46,366 nt of DNA from an uncultured Clostridia bacterium (GCA_934167135.1 CAKPKI010000002.1:1-46366); one strand, 5' to 3'; shown: positions 8,173-18,257, numbered from the stretch's first letter. Notes: generated by a model not told the origin, from the sequence alone. Numbers and translations: made by a program.

Positions 8173-9546
8173 CTATAGTTTTTGACAAATTTCAAAAAAT
8201 TTCATTCCATTTGATGCTTTTACCAAAACAACATCACCTTTTTTTAATTCTTGAGATAACTTTTCCACAATTTGTTCATTATTGTTCATAAAACATGTTT
8301 CTATTTTACTGTTTTTATTAACTTCATCTATTATATACTTTGCATTTTCACCTGTACAAATTAATAAATCTATATTATTTTTTATTATTTCTCTTCCAAC
8401 TTTTCTATGAAGTTCTTCTGAATATTCTCCAAGTTCAAACATATCTCCTAATACTGCAATTTTTCTTTCACCTGTATGATTAGCCAAAAATTCTAAACTG
8501 ACTTTCATAGATTCATAACTTGCATTATATGCATCATTTATAATTATTGCACCATTTTCTAATTTTTTTATATCCATTCTTTTTTTAGTTAATTCAAAAC
8601 TTTCTATTCCATACTGAATTTTTTCGTTCGATAATTTCAATATTTTTCCAACAGTCACTGCACATAATGCATTATATATAAAATGTTCTCCTCCTACAGG
8701 TACTTTTATTTTTGTAATTTCAGAATCAGTTAATATGTCAAACTCACTGCTTTCTTCATGAGTTTTTAAGTTTCCACCCATAACTTCACTTTTATTTTTT
8801 ATTCCAAATGTATGTATTTCTATTTTTTTATTATCTTTGTTTTTTTCATACCAATCATTTAATAAGTCATTGTCATTGTTAATAATTATTTTAGGAATAT
8901 CCATTCCTTCTAATATCTCTAATTTGGCTTTTAGTATATTTTCCCTTGAGCCCAAGTTCCCAATATGTGATGTTCCTATATTTGTAATAACTGCTAATGT
9001 AGGTTTTGCAATATTTGTTAATAAACTTATTTCTCCAAAATGATTCATTCCCATTTCAATAACTAATGCCTCATGGTCTTTTAATTTTAATATTGTTAAT
9101 GGTAATCCTATGTTATTATTGTTATTTCCTTCTGTCTTTAATGTTTTATAACTAGTATTAACTACACTTGCAATTATATCTTTTGTACTTGTTTTTCCCA
9201 CACTACCTGTGATTGCTATAACAGGTATATTATATAAACTTCTTTTATATTCAGCAATTTTGTATAATGCTTTTAGTGTATCTTCTACTTTTATAATTAT
9301 TTTATTTGAATATTTTTCCAGCTCATTTTTTGTAATTTCTACATTTTGAATAATTGCTACACTTGCACCATTATCAAATGCTTGCTTCCAAAATTGATTT
9401 CCATCAAATTTTTCTCCTTTTATTCCTATATAAACATCTCCTTGTTTTATTGTTCTTGTATCTTTTGAAAATTCTTCACAATCAGCTTGTTCATCTCCTA
9501 CAATCAATTCACCTTTTGTGACATTTAATATATCTTTTACCTTCAT
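8173..9546 (-). CDS. murF: UDP-N-acetylmuramoyl-tripeptide--D-alanyl-D-alanine ligase
   Basis: The N-terminus is MurF-type (DTRTIKQGDVYIGIKGEKFDGNQF). The P-loop is ITGSVGKTSTKD, and the length is as expected (457 aa). Confidence 0.9.
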   Translation of the reverse strand: MKVKDILNVTKGELIVGDEQADCEEFSKDTRTIKQGDVYIGIKGEKFDGNQFWKQAFDNGASVAIIQNVEITKNELEKYSNKIIIKVEDTLKALYKIAEYKRSLYNIPVIAITGSVGKTSTKDIIASVVNTSYKTLKTEGNNNNNIGLPLTILKLKDHEALVIEMGMNHFGEISLLTNIAKPTLAVITNIGTSHIGNLGSRENILKAKLEILEGMDIPKIIINNDNDLLNDWYEKNKDNKKIEIHTFGIKNKSEVMGGNLKTHEESSEFDILTDSEITKIKVPVGGEHFIYNALCAVTVGKILKLSNEKIQYGIESFELTKKRMDIKKLENGAIIINDAYNASYESMKVSLEFLANHTGERKIAVLGDMFELGEYSEELHRKVGREIIKNNIDLLICTGENAKYIIDEVNKNSKIETCFMNNNEQIVEKLSQELKKGDVVLVKASNGMKFFEICQKL

Positions 9547-9616
9547 ATTTTTCCTCCATCTTGCTTGTTAATTTTTTCTATTATATTATACTTGTTATTT
9601 TTTTGCAATATAATAA

Positions 9617-9650
9617 TCGAGCTTAAATTAAATAATAATTTAAGCTCGAC
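9617..9650. terminator. Hairpin downstream of the SASP gene
   Basis: tcgagcttaaatt and aatttaagctcga form a 13-bp inverted repeat around an AT loop just after the SASP stop. The flanks are only moderately U-rich. Confidence 0.4.
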
Positions 9651-9668
9651 TTTTGGCATATCCAAAAA

Positions 9669-9866
9669 CTATTTATTTTCAACAGCTCTATTTGCAATTT
9701 CTATAGCTTTTGAAACTATACTACCACATGTTTTAGAAGAAACATTTTCCCAACTTCCACCATCTTGTTTTACTTGATCATAAACACCTAATTCTTTTGC
9801 TATTTCTGTTCGTAAGTTTTCAGATATTAATTTGTTGTTTTTAGACATTTTAGAATCTCCTTTCAA
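9669..9866 (-). CDS. Alpha/beta-type small acid-soluble spore protein
   Basis: The protein is 65 aa. EIAKELGV and CGSIVSKAIEIAN resemble the two conserved SASP blocks (EIAxEfGV; GxvGGemtKrlv). Confidence 0.8.
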   Translation of the reverse strand: MKGDSKMSKNNKLISENLRTEIAKELGVYDQVKQDGGSWENVSSKTCGSIVSKAIEIANRAVENK

Positions 9867-10004
9867 ATTTATCTGTATTACGGACCGCTTTGAAAAAGTT
9901 ATTTAACCTTTTCACTATTTATTATATACAATATCAATCTTTTTATTTTGGAAATTTATTACATTTTATTTTTCAAGTTTTTTTATAACATTCATTTTTA
10001 GGAA

Positions 10005-11339
10005 CTATTCTGTAAGAGTTCCATTTGGAGTATTTGTAATAATTAAAACATCCTCTTCTTCTCCTGTTTCGGCATTAATATATGCATTAAAATCTATATC
10101 ATTTACTTTGCCCTTAAATTCATAACAAAACTTCTCGGTTTTCCACTGAGTAGGAATAATAGCCAAACCTCCACTTATAACATCAACTTTATCAGACAAT
10201 TTATTTCTAGCATCCTCTATCGAAATCTTAGTCGTAGGAATACTTCTTTCATAATGACAATTTAAGAAACCAGTAGTTTCAAGTCCAATTATTTCTCCAT
10301 TATCTAATGCAACTTTTACTTTTATTAAATCAGGATACATTATTACATTATTTTGAAAATATGCATAATTTATTGTAATAAAACCATTATCTTTTAAATA
10401 ATATGTTTCTTTCATATTCTCAAAACCTTTACTTGTAAGATATTCTTTTCCTTTTTGAACTGCTTCCTGTTCTGTTATTTTCTCTTCATCTACATTTCTA
10501 TCATAATTTAGAAATGCTACATGTCCACCTTTTTTTGAAATAGATATTCCTATAGTTTTATCATCATTTGTAGTCATTTCAAACCTATATACTGGTATAT
10601 CACCATTTTCTACATAACCATTACTTTTTGTATTTTTTATTTTATCTTTTCCAACAAATTCTTCAGCCTTTTGTTTTGCGGTTTCCTCATCAATTTCATC
10701 TCCAGTTAACCCTTTCTTTTCTGAACTAGTTATATGTTCAGAAAATGCTCCATCATAAATTAAACCAGTAAATTCATGAAAATTTTCTTCAACAACATCA
10801 AAAGTACTTATTTCCGTTATATCTGAGCCTTCTTCGTTTTTTATTAAGTCTGACCAATTTAATGTTCCATTATTTAATTCATCTGACATTTCGTTTAATG
10901 TATTTGACAGGTCATTTGCATAATTATATAATTCTTTTATTTTGTTTATATCATCTTCTGTTAAATCTGTACCTTCTATGTTTTTCCTTGATAGTGAATA
11001 ACTATATTCACTTACTTGGTTTAGAAATTTTTCTGTATTTTCCAACTCTTGGCTTTCTACTGGTAACATTCCCAAATATGCTTGGGCTAAATTTGCCTCT
11101 CTCCAAACCTGAGTTAAAATTTCTGCACCATGTTCTGCTGATTTTGATATCATGGATTTTGCTAAATATGTTTTTACATTTTGTACATATTCAACTACTT
11201 GATAAAATGCCATATTATAATCATTTTCTTTTGTTGTTGCATATGCTTTTTTCTGATTTAAAAAATTATATCCAAACACTATTGCAATAACTACCGCAAT
11301 AAATGTTAAAACCATCCAAATTTTACTTTTTTTCATCAT
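10005..11339 (-). CDS. ypeB: Germination protein YpeB (PepSY-domain)
   Basis: An N-terminal TM anchor is followed by a YpeB-type block (AEILTQVWREANLAQAYLGMLPVESQELENTEKFLNQVSEYSYSL). The C-terminus has repeated PepSY-like modules. Confidence 0.85.
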   Translation of the reverse strand: MMKKSKIWMVLTFIAVVIAIVFGYNFLNQKKAYATTKENDYNMAFYQVVEYVQNVKTYLAKSMISKSAEHGAEILTQVWREANLAQAYLGMLPVESQELENTEKFLNQVSEYSYSLSRKNIEGTDLTEDDINKIKELYNYANDLSNTLNEMSDELNNGTLNWSDLIKNEEGSDITEISTFDVVEENFHEFTGLIYDGAFSEHITSSEKKGLTGDEIDEETAKQKAEEFVGKDKIKNTKSNGYVENGDIPVYRFEMTTNDDKTIGISISKKGGHVAFLNYDRNVDEEKITEQEAVQKGKEYLTSKGFENMKETYYLKDNGFITINYAYFQNNVIMYPDLIKVKVALDNGEIIGLETTGFLNCHYERSIPTTKISIEDARNKLSDKVDVISGGLAIIPTQWKTEKFCYEFKGKVNDIDFNAYINAETGEEEDVLIITNTPNGTLTE

Positions 11340-11437
11340 AACCTCCTTCTTTTTAATATTTTGGTTTTTTTTTCAAAAAATATACAAATTATTTTTGGTT
11401 TATGATAAAATAAAAAAAATACTTTAAGGAGATTGAT

Positions 11438-12562
11438 ATGGAAAAAGTTATGATTTTTTATGCTTCTTATGGAGGAGGTCATTTAAGTGCCGCTCGTTCT
11501 ATAAAAGAATATATTGAAACAAATTATAAAAATATAGATATAAAATTAGTTGATTGTATGTACTATGTTAATAAGTTTTTTGATAAAATTACTACTACTG
11601 CATATTCAGAAATGGCAAAAAAAACTCCTCAAACATGGGGAAAATTATATTGGAATGCACAAACAGGACCTATTGCACAATTAAGTACTACATCAAACAA
11701 GCTTTTATCAATAAAATTAAATAAATTGTTAAAAAGTTTTAATCCAGATTTAATAATATCTACTCATCCATTTGCTTCAACAATGTGTGCATATTTAAAA
11801 AAACAAGGTAAATTAACCTCAAAACTTGCAACTATTTTAACAGACTATGCACCACATGATCAATGGATTGTATTTAATGAATATGTTGATTATTATTTTG
11901 TATCTCATGAAGAGATGAGAAAACAATTGTCTGATAAAGGGATTCCAAAACAAAAAATTTATGCCACAGGTATTCCGCTTTCAAATAAATTTTTATTAAA
12001 ATATGATAAATCTCAAATTTTAAAAAGCTTTGGTTTATCTCCAAATAAAAAAACAATTTTATTTTTCGGCGGTGGTGAATTTGGACTTGGCAAAACTCAA
12101 ACCTTTCGAATTTTTAAATCTTTTGTAAACTGTCACGAAAATATACAAATTGTAGCGATTTCTGGCAAAAACCAAAAAATGAAAGAAAATTTTGAGAATT
12201 TAGTTAAAGAACTTGGGAAACAGGATTCCGTAAAAATATTGGAATATACCGACAAAGTACCTCAATTAATGAGTATTTCTGATTTAGTTGTCACAAAACC
12301 GGGTGGGCTTACTACAACGGAAAGCCTAGCTTCTGGACTACCAATAGTAGTTATAAATCCAATTCCTGGACAGGAAGAAGAAAATGCTAATTATTTAGAA
12401 AAAAACAAAGTTGCTATCTGGATAAAAAAAGGTGACAATGTTGAGGATATTTTAAATAGTTTATTTTCAAACCCTGATAAAATGCAAGAAATGAAAATTA
12501 GAGCAAGACTAATATCTAAAAAGAATTCTACAAAAGACATTTGTAAAATTTTACTTGGTTAA
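11438..12562 (+). CDS. ugtP: MGDG-synthase-family processive diacylglycerol glycosyltransferase (UgtP-like)
   Basis: The N-terminus is FYASYGGGHLSAARSIKEY. The C-terminus is VTKPGGLTTTESLASGLPIVVINPIPGQEEENANYL, typical of GT28/MGDG_synth. Confidence 0.8.
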   Translation: MEKVMIFYASYGGGHLSAARSIKEYIETNYKNIDIKLVDCMYYVNKFFDKITTTAYSEMAKKTPQTWGKLYWNAQTGPIAQLSTTSNKLLSIKLNKLLKSFNPDLIISTHPFASTMCAYLKKQGKLTSKLATILTDYAPHDQWIVFNEYVDYYFVSHEEMRKQLSDKGIPKQKIYATGIPLSNKFLLKYDKSQILKSFGLSPNKKTILFFGGGEFGLGKTQTFRIFKSFVNCHENIQIVAISGKNQKMKENFENLVKELGKQDSVKILEYTDKVPQLMSISDLVVTKPGGLTTTESLASGLPIVVINPIPGQEEENANYLEKNKVAIWIKKGDNVEDILNSLFSNPDKMQEMKIRARLISKKNSTKDICKILLG

Positions 12563-12607
12563 TCACATAAAAAAAGTCACTTCATAAAATATAAAGAGGT
12601 GACTTTT

Positions 12608-12766
12608 ATGGATTCCGCTAATTGTTCTGGTAGTAACTTAATAGCTCTTGCCAGTTCGCTTGCAATTATGATAAGTAATGAGTTTGGTACAGATAATCTA
12701 GATGTTTTAGCAGCTTTTTTCTCTGCACTAGGTGACAACCTTGCACTTATTTCTGCTTCTAAATAA
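12608..12766 (+). CDS. Unlisted 52-aa small hydrophobic protein
   Basis: An ATG at 12608 is preceded by AAAGAGGTG. The ORF runs to the TAA at 12764..12766 (MDSANCSGSNLIALASSLAIMISNEFGTDNLDVLAAFFSALGDNLALISASK). It is too short for the ORF track's length cut-off. Confidence 0.4.
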   Translation: MDSANCSGSNLIALASSLAIMISNEFGTDNLDVLAAFFSALGDNLALISASK

Positions 12767-12767
12767 T

Positions 12768-13367
12768 TTATAATTCCCTTCTACCTTCTAGAGCTTTAGT
12801 TAATGTAATTTCATCTGTATATTCTAAATCTCCACCTACTGGAATACCATGAGCAATTCTCGTCACTTTTATTCCCAATGGTTTTATTAATTTTGATAAA
12901 TACATTGCAGTTGCTTCACCTTCCACTCTTGGGTTTGTTGCAAGTATTACTTCTTTTACTTGTCCATCCATAAGACGAGCTAATAATTCTTTTATTTTTA
13001 TATCATCAGGGCCAACCCCATTCATAGGGGAAATTGAACCATGTAGAACATGATAAACGCCCCTAAATTCATGTGTTTTTTCCATTGCAATTATATCTCT
13101 TACATCTTCTACAACACATATTTCAGATTGGTCTCTTTTAGGATTTCCGCAGATTGGACAAGGATCTGTATCTGATATATTATAACATTTGCTACAATAT
13201 TTTAAATTTTTCTTTGCATTTACAATTGCAGAAATAAAATCATTTGTTTCACTTTCAGATGCATTTAATATATAAAATGCTAATCTTGCTGCCGTTTTAT
13301 TCCCTATGCTTGGTAGCTTTTCAAAACTTTGTATCAATCTTTCTATTGATGGTGAATACATTGACAT
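12768..13367 (-). CDS. recR: Recombination protein RecR
   Basis: The motifs are [15 protein letters not shown] (HhH), a C4 zinc finger ([16 protein letters not shown]) and a Toprim domain. Confidence 0.95.
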   Translation of the reverse strand: MSMYSPSIERLIQSFEKLPSIGNKTAARLAFYILNASESETNDFISAIVNAKKNLKYCSKCYNISDTDPCPICGNPKRDQSEICVVEDVRDIIAMEKTHEFRGVYHVLHGSISPMNGVGPDDIKIKELLARLMDGQVKEVILATNPRVEGEATAMYLSKLIKPLGIKVTRIAHGIPVGGDLEYTDEITLTKALEGRREL

Positions 13368-13378
13368 TCTTTTTTCTC

Positions 13379-13720
13379 CTACATTAATCCTGGTATATTA
13401 TATTTTCCCATTGAAGCTGCTTGTGCATCGTCAACTTGTTTAAATGCTTGATTTAGGCAAGTAACAATTAAATCTTGTAACATTTCAACATCATCTGGGT
13501 CAACAACATCTTTTTCTAGTTTTAAACTTAATACTTGTTTTTGCCCATTAACAATAGTTTTTACTGCTCCTCCCCCAGCTGACGCTTCGAATTCTTTTTT
13601 AGCAAGTTCAGATTGATTTTTTTCTAAATCTGCTTGCATTTTTTTTGCTTCTTTCATTAAATTATTGATGTTCATTCCACCAAATCCTCCCATTCCTGGG
13701 AATCCTCCTCTTTTTGACAT
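13379..13720 (-). CDS. ybaB: YbaB/EbfC nucleoid-associated protein
   Basis: The protein is 113 aa, with [19 protein letters not shown] and [13 protein letters not shown]. It sits in the canonical position between dnaX and recR. Confidence 0.9.
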   Translation of the reverse strand: MSKRGGFPGMGGFGGMNINNLMKEAKKMQADLEKNQSELAKKEFEASAGGGAVKTIVNGQKQVLSLKLEKDVVDPDDVEMLQDLIVTCLNQAFKQVDDAQAASMGKYNIPGLM

Positions 13721-13732
13721 ATTGATTTCCTC

Positions 13733-15352
13733 CTATTCTATTACATTAAATGGTATGTCAAATTCATTTGCAAAATTTGACAACTCATTTTCTTCTGATA
13801 CATCTGTATTTTCTTGTGATTTTGTATCTATATATTTTATTTGCATTGTTTTTCCACATGCAATTGATACCTGTTTTGATATTTCTGTTTTATTTTCTGG
13901 GTTTTCTAAAACTGTTTTTCCAAAAGCTGTCATCCCCTTTGGAAATTCTATTCCTATTGTCATATCATTAATTTCAACTGCATTAGTTTCTAATAAATTC
14001 GTATATATCATTATTTTTCCTGTTTGTTTAAAATTGTCTACAACTGTATTCCAGTATTGTGCTGGTTTCTTGTTTTTTCCTATTCCCGAAATTTCATTAA
14101 TATTATTTGTTTTTGTATTAGTTACTGTATTTTTTTTTTGAGCAACATTTTGCATTCTATTAATTCCATTTTCAGCTCGAAGATAATTTTCTATTTTTTC
14201 TAGTCTTTCATATACTTCTCCTAAGTTTGTTTCTCTACTTATTTCATTATTTGAATTGTTATTATATGATGGTATTTCATTATCACATAAACTAATTATT
14301 CCTGCTTGAAATATTATTAATTTTTGTGTTGAGCTTTTCATGTCATTTTCTAGTTTTGATAATTCATTTATTAGTTTTATTGCTCTTTCTTTTGAAATCT
14401 CTTCTGACAATTTTTTCAAATTTTCATAATCTTCTTCATTGTACATTGTTAGTTTTTGACCTGTTTTTATCATTAAAATATCTTTTATATATTTTATGAT
14501 TTCCCAAAGTAGATTATTTAAATCTTTTCCTTCATCTAATACTTTTGTTATGGATTCCATTGCTTCATCTATATTATATTTTATTATTGCTTCTGTTATG
14601 CTATGAATATATGTGATTTTAGGAATTCCTACTAATTCTTTTATTTTATCTTCATCAATTTTGTTTTCTCCATCTTGTACACATCTTTCTAGTATTGATA
14701 AAGCATCTCTCATTGCACCTTCTGATAATGTTGCTATTATATTTAGTGCTTGTTTTGTAATTTCTATATTACTTTCTTTACATACTATTTCTAGTCTTTT
14801 TATAATATCTTCATTTGATATTCTTTTAAAATCAAACCTTTGACATCTTGAAAGTATTGTTGCTGGTAATTTTTGCGGTTCTGTAGTTGCTAAAATGAAT
14901 TTTACATGTTCTGGTGGTTCTTCAAGTGTTTTTAATAGTGCATTAAAAGCTCCCTGTGATAACATATGAACTTCATCTATTATATATACTCTATATTTTG
15001 CTTTTGTTGGTAAAAAATTTACTTCTTCTCTTATTGATCGTATATCTTCTACACTGTTATTAGATGCTGCATCCATTTCTACTATGTCTGTTAATGAACC
15101 ATTTAATGCCGATTTGCAAATTTCGCATTCATTACAAGGTTCTCCATCTTTTGGATTTAGACAATTTATTGCTCTGGCTAATACTTTTGCAGATGTTGTT
15201 TTTCCTGTTCCTCTTCCACCATTAAATAAATATGCATGTCCTACTCTATTTGCAATTATTTGGTTTTTTAATGTTCTTGTTATGTGTTCTTGACCTACCA
15301 TTTCCGCAAATGTTTGTGGTCTAAATTTTCTATAAAGAGCTGTGTACCCCAT
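13733..15352 (-). CDS. dnaX: DNA polymerase III subunit gamma/tau
   Basis: The motifs are YRKFRPQTFAEMVGQEH, a Walker A (GGRGTGKTT), a zinc module (CNECEICK) and IIDEVHMLS. Confidence 0.95.
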   Translation of the reverse strand: MGYTALYRKFRPQTFAEMVGQEHITRTLKNQIIANRVGHAYLFNGGRGTGKTTSAKVLARAINCLNPKDGEPCNECEICKSALNGSLTDIVEMDAASNNSVEDIRSIREEVNFLPTKAKYRVYIIDEVHMLSQGAFNALLKTLEEPPEHVKFILATTEPQKLPATILSRCQRFDFKRISNEDIIKRLEIVCKESNIEITKQALNIIATLSEGAMRDALSILERCVQDGENKIDEDKIKELVGIPKITYIHSITEAIIKYNIDEAMESITKVLDEGKDLNNLLWEIIKYIKDILMIKTGQKLTMYNEEDYENLKKLSEEISKERAIKLINELSKLENDMKSSTQKLIIFQAGIISLCDNEIPSYNNNSNNEISRETNLGEVYERLEKIENYLRAENGINRMQNVAQKKNTVTNTKTNNINEISGIGKNKKPAQYWNTVVDNFKQTGKIMIYTNLLETNAVEINDMTIGIEFPKGMTAFGKTVLENPENKTEISKQVSIACGKTMQIKYIDTKSQENTDVSEENELSNFANEFDIPFNVIE

Positions 15353-15386
15353 AATTTCACATCCTTTATAATTCCCTAAATTTTAA

Positions 15387-15528
15387 AAAATGGTGTGAAT
15401 ATCAATCTCTCTATGGAAAACAATTCTCACATAAAAGTATCTACTTATTGCTGCTTCCTCCCGGACCTGACAAGGTTCATAGGCTTCTATTGAGCTTGCT
15501 TTCCATACAGAGATTAATCTCATACCAC
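15387..15528 (-). ncRNA. ffs: Signal recognition particle RNA, short single-hairpin form (about 140 nt)
   Basis: The minus strand contains the domain IV core UGUCAGGUCCGGGAGGAAGCAGCA. Long complementary arms flank it (GGUAUGAGAUUAAUCUCUGUAUGGAAA / UUUUCCAUAGAGAGAUUGAUAUUCACACC). It ends in UUUUUU and sits in the canonical position upstream of dnaX. Confidence 0.85.
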
Positions 15529-15533
15529 TATGT

Positions 15534-15562
15534 ATTATATACTCAAATTATTATTTTTGCAA
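15534..15562 (-). promoter_or_regulatory. Sigma-A-like promoter of the SRP RNA
   Basis: Minus strand reads TTGCAA (15562..15557), a 17-nt spacer, then TATAAT (15539..15534). This places the 5' end at about 15528, at the base of the hairpin. Confidence 0.55.
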
Positions 15563-15572
15563 GTATTTTTAG

Positions 15573-16322
15573 TTAATTTTCTATTCTTTTAAAAATTATA
15601 TCATTGAAATCAGTTTTGTCTATTCCAACTGTTCCTTTTTCTATTATTTCGTCTGTTGGAATTTCAATACTAACTGGTGCTTGGTATTTTTTTCCACTTG
15701 TTAGATTTATAATAATATCAAAACTTAAAGTTGTTTGTAAATCTTCTTGTGTTATATTTGTTAATTTTAATAATTGACTATGGTCAATTTCTTCTGCATC
15801 TTGAGAAACATATTGTGAAATATTATTTATTGCATATCTAAAGGCAACAATTCCTCCTTGGTTTGATATTTTTTGTTCTTTTTTATTTGATTCTAAATCT
15901 CCTGTATATGTAATTTCCGTAATTTCGTTTTCTGTCTGATTTATAAACATTCTCTTTTCATCTTCTGCCTGAGCTGGTTTATAAAATTTGACTGTTCCTT
16001 TTTCTTTTGGCTTATTAACATTTATATTTTTTATATCTACAGATTGTATTAATTCTGTTTTTCCATATGATGAGTTTTTTTCAATGTAAATATATATGTC
16101 ATTATTTTCGTCTACATCAAAATTCCATTTTTCTTCAGCATTTTGACCTTCATTCCCTTCTACACTTTCAACTATAGATATTTTACTAATTTTAAAAGGC
16201 ATATTAGATTCTCCTTCTACTTGATACCTTAAAATTAACATTCCACCAACAGATAATATTGCAATAATTATTATAGTAATAATTAGGCTATGAAAAATTT
16301 TCTGTTTTAAATTTCTATACAT
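15573..16322 (-). CDS. Hypothetical membrane-anchored protein (249 aa)
   Basis: One N-terminal TM helix (LIITIIIIAILSVGGMLIL). The start overlaps the tadA stop by 8 nt. I recognise no motif. Confidence 0.55.
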   Translation of the reverse strand: MYRNLKQKIFHSLIITIIIIAILSVGGMLILRYQVEGESNMPFKISKISIVESVEGNEGQNAEEKWNFDVDENNDIYIYIEKNSSYGKTELIQSVDIKNINVNKPKEKGTVKFYKPAQAEDEKRMFINQTENEITEITYTGDLESNKKEQKISNQGGIVAFRYAINNISQYVSQDAEEIDHSQLLKLTNITQEDLQTTLSFDIIINLTSGKKYQAPVSIEIPTDEIIEKGTVGIDKTDFNDIIFKRIEN

Positions 16323-16791
16323 TTTTTCCTCCTCGTTTTAACTCTCTTAATTCTTTAAAAAACTTTTTCAGAGTTTCTTGGCATTCTTTTTCCATTATAC
16401 CTGTTTCTGATTCTACTTTATGATTAAATGTGTAATCTTTAAATAAATTTAAAACTGAACCGACTGCCCCTGTTTTTTCATCCATTGCTCCTATATATAC
16501 TTTTTTTATTCTTGAGTTTATTATTGCCCCAGCACACATTGAACATGGTTCTAACGTTACATACATTTCACAGTCAAGTAGCCTCCATGATTTTAGTTTT
16601 TGGCTTGCTTTTTGTATTGCTAATATTTCTGCATGTTTTGTTGTGTCTGTTTTTGTTTCTTTTTGATTATGTGCTTTTGCTATTATTTCTCCTTTTTTTA
16701 CTATTATAGCTCCTACTGGAACTTCTAATTTTTTATATGCTTTTTCTGCTTCTTTTAAAGCTTGTTTCATGTAATATTCTTTTTGTTCCAT
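16315..16791 (-). CDS. tadA: tRNA adenosine(34) deaminase
   Basis: The CDA zinc motifs HAEILAI and PCSMCAGAI are present. The protein is 158 aa, and the synteny with ffs-dnaX is conserved. Confidence 0.9.
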   Translation of the reverse strand: MEQKEYYMKQALKEAEKAYKKLEVPVGAIIVKKGEIIAKAHNQKETKTDTTKHAEILAIQKASQKLKSWRLLDCEMYVTLEPCSMCAGAIINSRIKKVYIGAMDEKTGAVGSVLNLFKDYTFNHKVESETGIMEKECQETLKKFFKELRELKRGGKNV

Positions 16792-16799
16792 TTATTCTC

Positions 16800-17711
16800 C
16801 TAATTATACTCTGAATTTTTCCTTTTATTTATATTTTTATTATAAGCAATTCTTAAAATTTGCTCATATTTACCTTTTATTATAGTTTTATAAAAATTTT
16901 TTCTTATATCAGTTATACATATAATATTATCAATAATATTATTTATTTTCTCTATGTTAATTTGCGGATAAATTCTAATTAATGCTTCTATACAATCATT
17001 ATTTTCTGATTTCGTAATAAAATCATAATATTTTATTTTGGAACCTTTGTATTTTATGGCTGATGAAGTATTTTTTATACAATCTCTTAATAATCCATTA
17101 TTTAATAATATTTCTTCCATTTTCTCATCTGTAAGTGTTGAAAATAAACATGAACCACAATCATATATTGGTGCTAATGTTAATTTTTCTGTTTTTATAT
17201 CTTTTAAAAATCCAAAATTTCCATTATGTCTATCAGTGTTTCCTATTAAACAGTCAACAATAAACATATCCCAGAAAAATCTTTTAAAAGTATTTTTATC
17301 AATATTATAAGTATTTAATTCTATTATATTCTCTATATCTGATAAATCTTTTCTTTCACCTTCTGAGTCTAAACTTGCATTTTCTAACTTTTCAAATTCT
17401 ATTAATTTTGTACTTTCTGTTGTAAAATCTTCACAAGCACATACATAAAAATCTCTTCCGTCTTGTGTATACTTTCCTAATTCTACTTTTTGCGTATTAA
17501 TTCCTAGTAACTCAAAAATTTTAGAACCAATATATTCTGAGTAAACATTATTTATATATGAAATCTTTAATTTAGTAGACCTATTAGAGTCTGGAAATTT
17601 TACTAAATATTTTTTTCCATCCATAATCATTGTTTTTTTCTTTTCACTTCCATTGTATTCTGGCGGAATTTCTTTTGCATTATTAAAATTTATTAAATTG
17701 ATGTTACTCAT
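16800..17711 (-). CDS. Short HipA-family Ser/Thr kinase (HipA C-terminal core only, 303 aa)
   Basis: The catalytic loop is IGNTDRHNGNFGFL and the Mg-binding block is LAPIYDCGSCL. A Gly-rich-loop-like segment reads YNGSEKKKT. The roughly 140-aa N-terminal subdomain of full-length HipA is missing. Confidence 0.7.
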   Translation of the reverse strand: MSNINLINFNNAKEIPPEYNGSEKKKTMIMDGKKYLVKFPDSNRSTKLKISYINNVYSEYIGSKIFELLGINTQKVELGKYTQDGRDFYVCACEDFTTESTKLIEFEKLENASLDSEGERKDLSDIENIIELNTYNIDKNTFKRFFWDMFIVDCLIGNTDRHNGNFGFLKDIKTEKLTLAPIYDCGSCLFSTLTDEKMEEILLNNGLLRDCIKNTSSAIKYKGSKIKYYDFITKSENNDCIEALIRIYPQINIEKINNIIDNIICITDIRKNFYKTIIKGKYEQILRIAYNKNINKRKNSEYN

Positions 17712-17728
17712 ATTTAGCTTGCCTCCTT

Positions 17729-17950
17729 TTATATGTTTTCATCAAGCCATTTTCTTACTTCTTCAATTGTATCCGCTTCTACAATTAAATCATCATCTCT
17801 TTTTTCAGCACCTATTCTTTCCCATTCTCCTCTATTATATCTATGTATATTATAACCTTTATATATTTCTAACAATTCGTCATATCTTCTTCTCATTGGT
17901 CCTTTATATCTTAGGTCTTGTTCAATAAATTCTTTAGGATTGTAAAACAT
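17729..17950 (-). CDS. Hypothetical 73-aa protein upstream of the HipA-like kinase (candidate antitoxin/partner)
   Basis: It ends 17 nt before the kinase start and runs in the same direction. No HTH is recognisable. Confidence 0.45.
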   Translation of the reverse strand: MFYNPKEFIEQDLRYKGPMRRRYDELLEIYKGYNIHRYNRGEWERIGAEKRDDDLIVEADTIEEVRKWLDENI

Positions 17951-17974
17951 TTTTGTCTCCTTTAAATACTAAAA

Positions 17975-18050
<76 letters not shown>

Positions 18051-18257
18051 AAAAAATTATATACCTATTATAATACACTAACTAAAAAAAATCAATACAA
18101 ATTATAATTTCTTAATTCTTGTAAATTACTGGTTTATGGTTTTGATAAAATTTCAAAAAGAAATCCTTGAAATATAAGCTTTTTATTACATTCCTCGGCT
18201 TATTACAAAATCAATATTTTAAGCTCCCTTAACCCATAACAGTAATCTTGACACCTA

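Noticed and set aside
10005-11437. ypeB without an upstream sleB, with ugtP lying divergently instead.
   Set aside because: This only shows that sleB, if present, is elsewhere in the genome. Nothing can be assessed from this window, and the arrangement is not clearly anomalous for Clostridia.
13665-14141. Numerous 60-158-aa ORFs in the track lie antisense to, or out of frame within, well-supported genes. Examples: 1202..1480, 2645..2857, 4668..4901, 8837..9043, 10862..11290, 13665..14141, 18438..18761, 21506..21901, 23667..23918, 24945..25223, 26286..26537, 35494..35904, 45357..45716.
   Set aside because: Their translations are low-complexity, Phe/Ile/Leu/Ser-rich shadows typical of AT-rich DNA. 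They have no RBS, and each is fully contained in a gene with clear family motifs on the other strand or in another frame.
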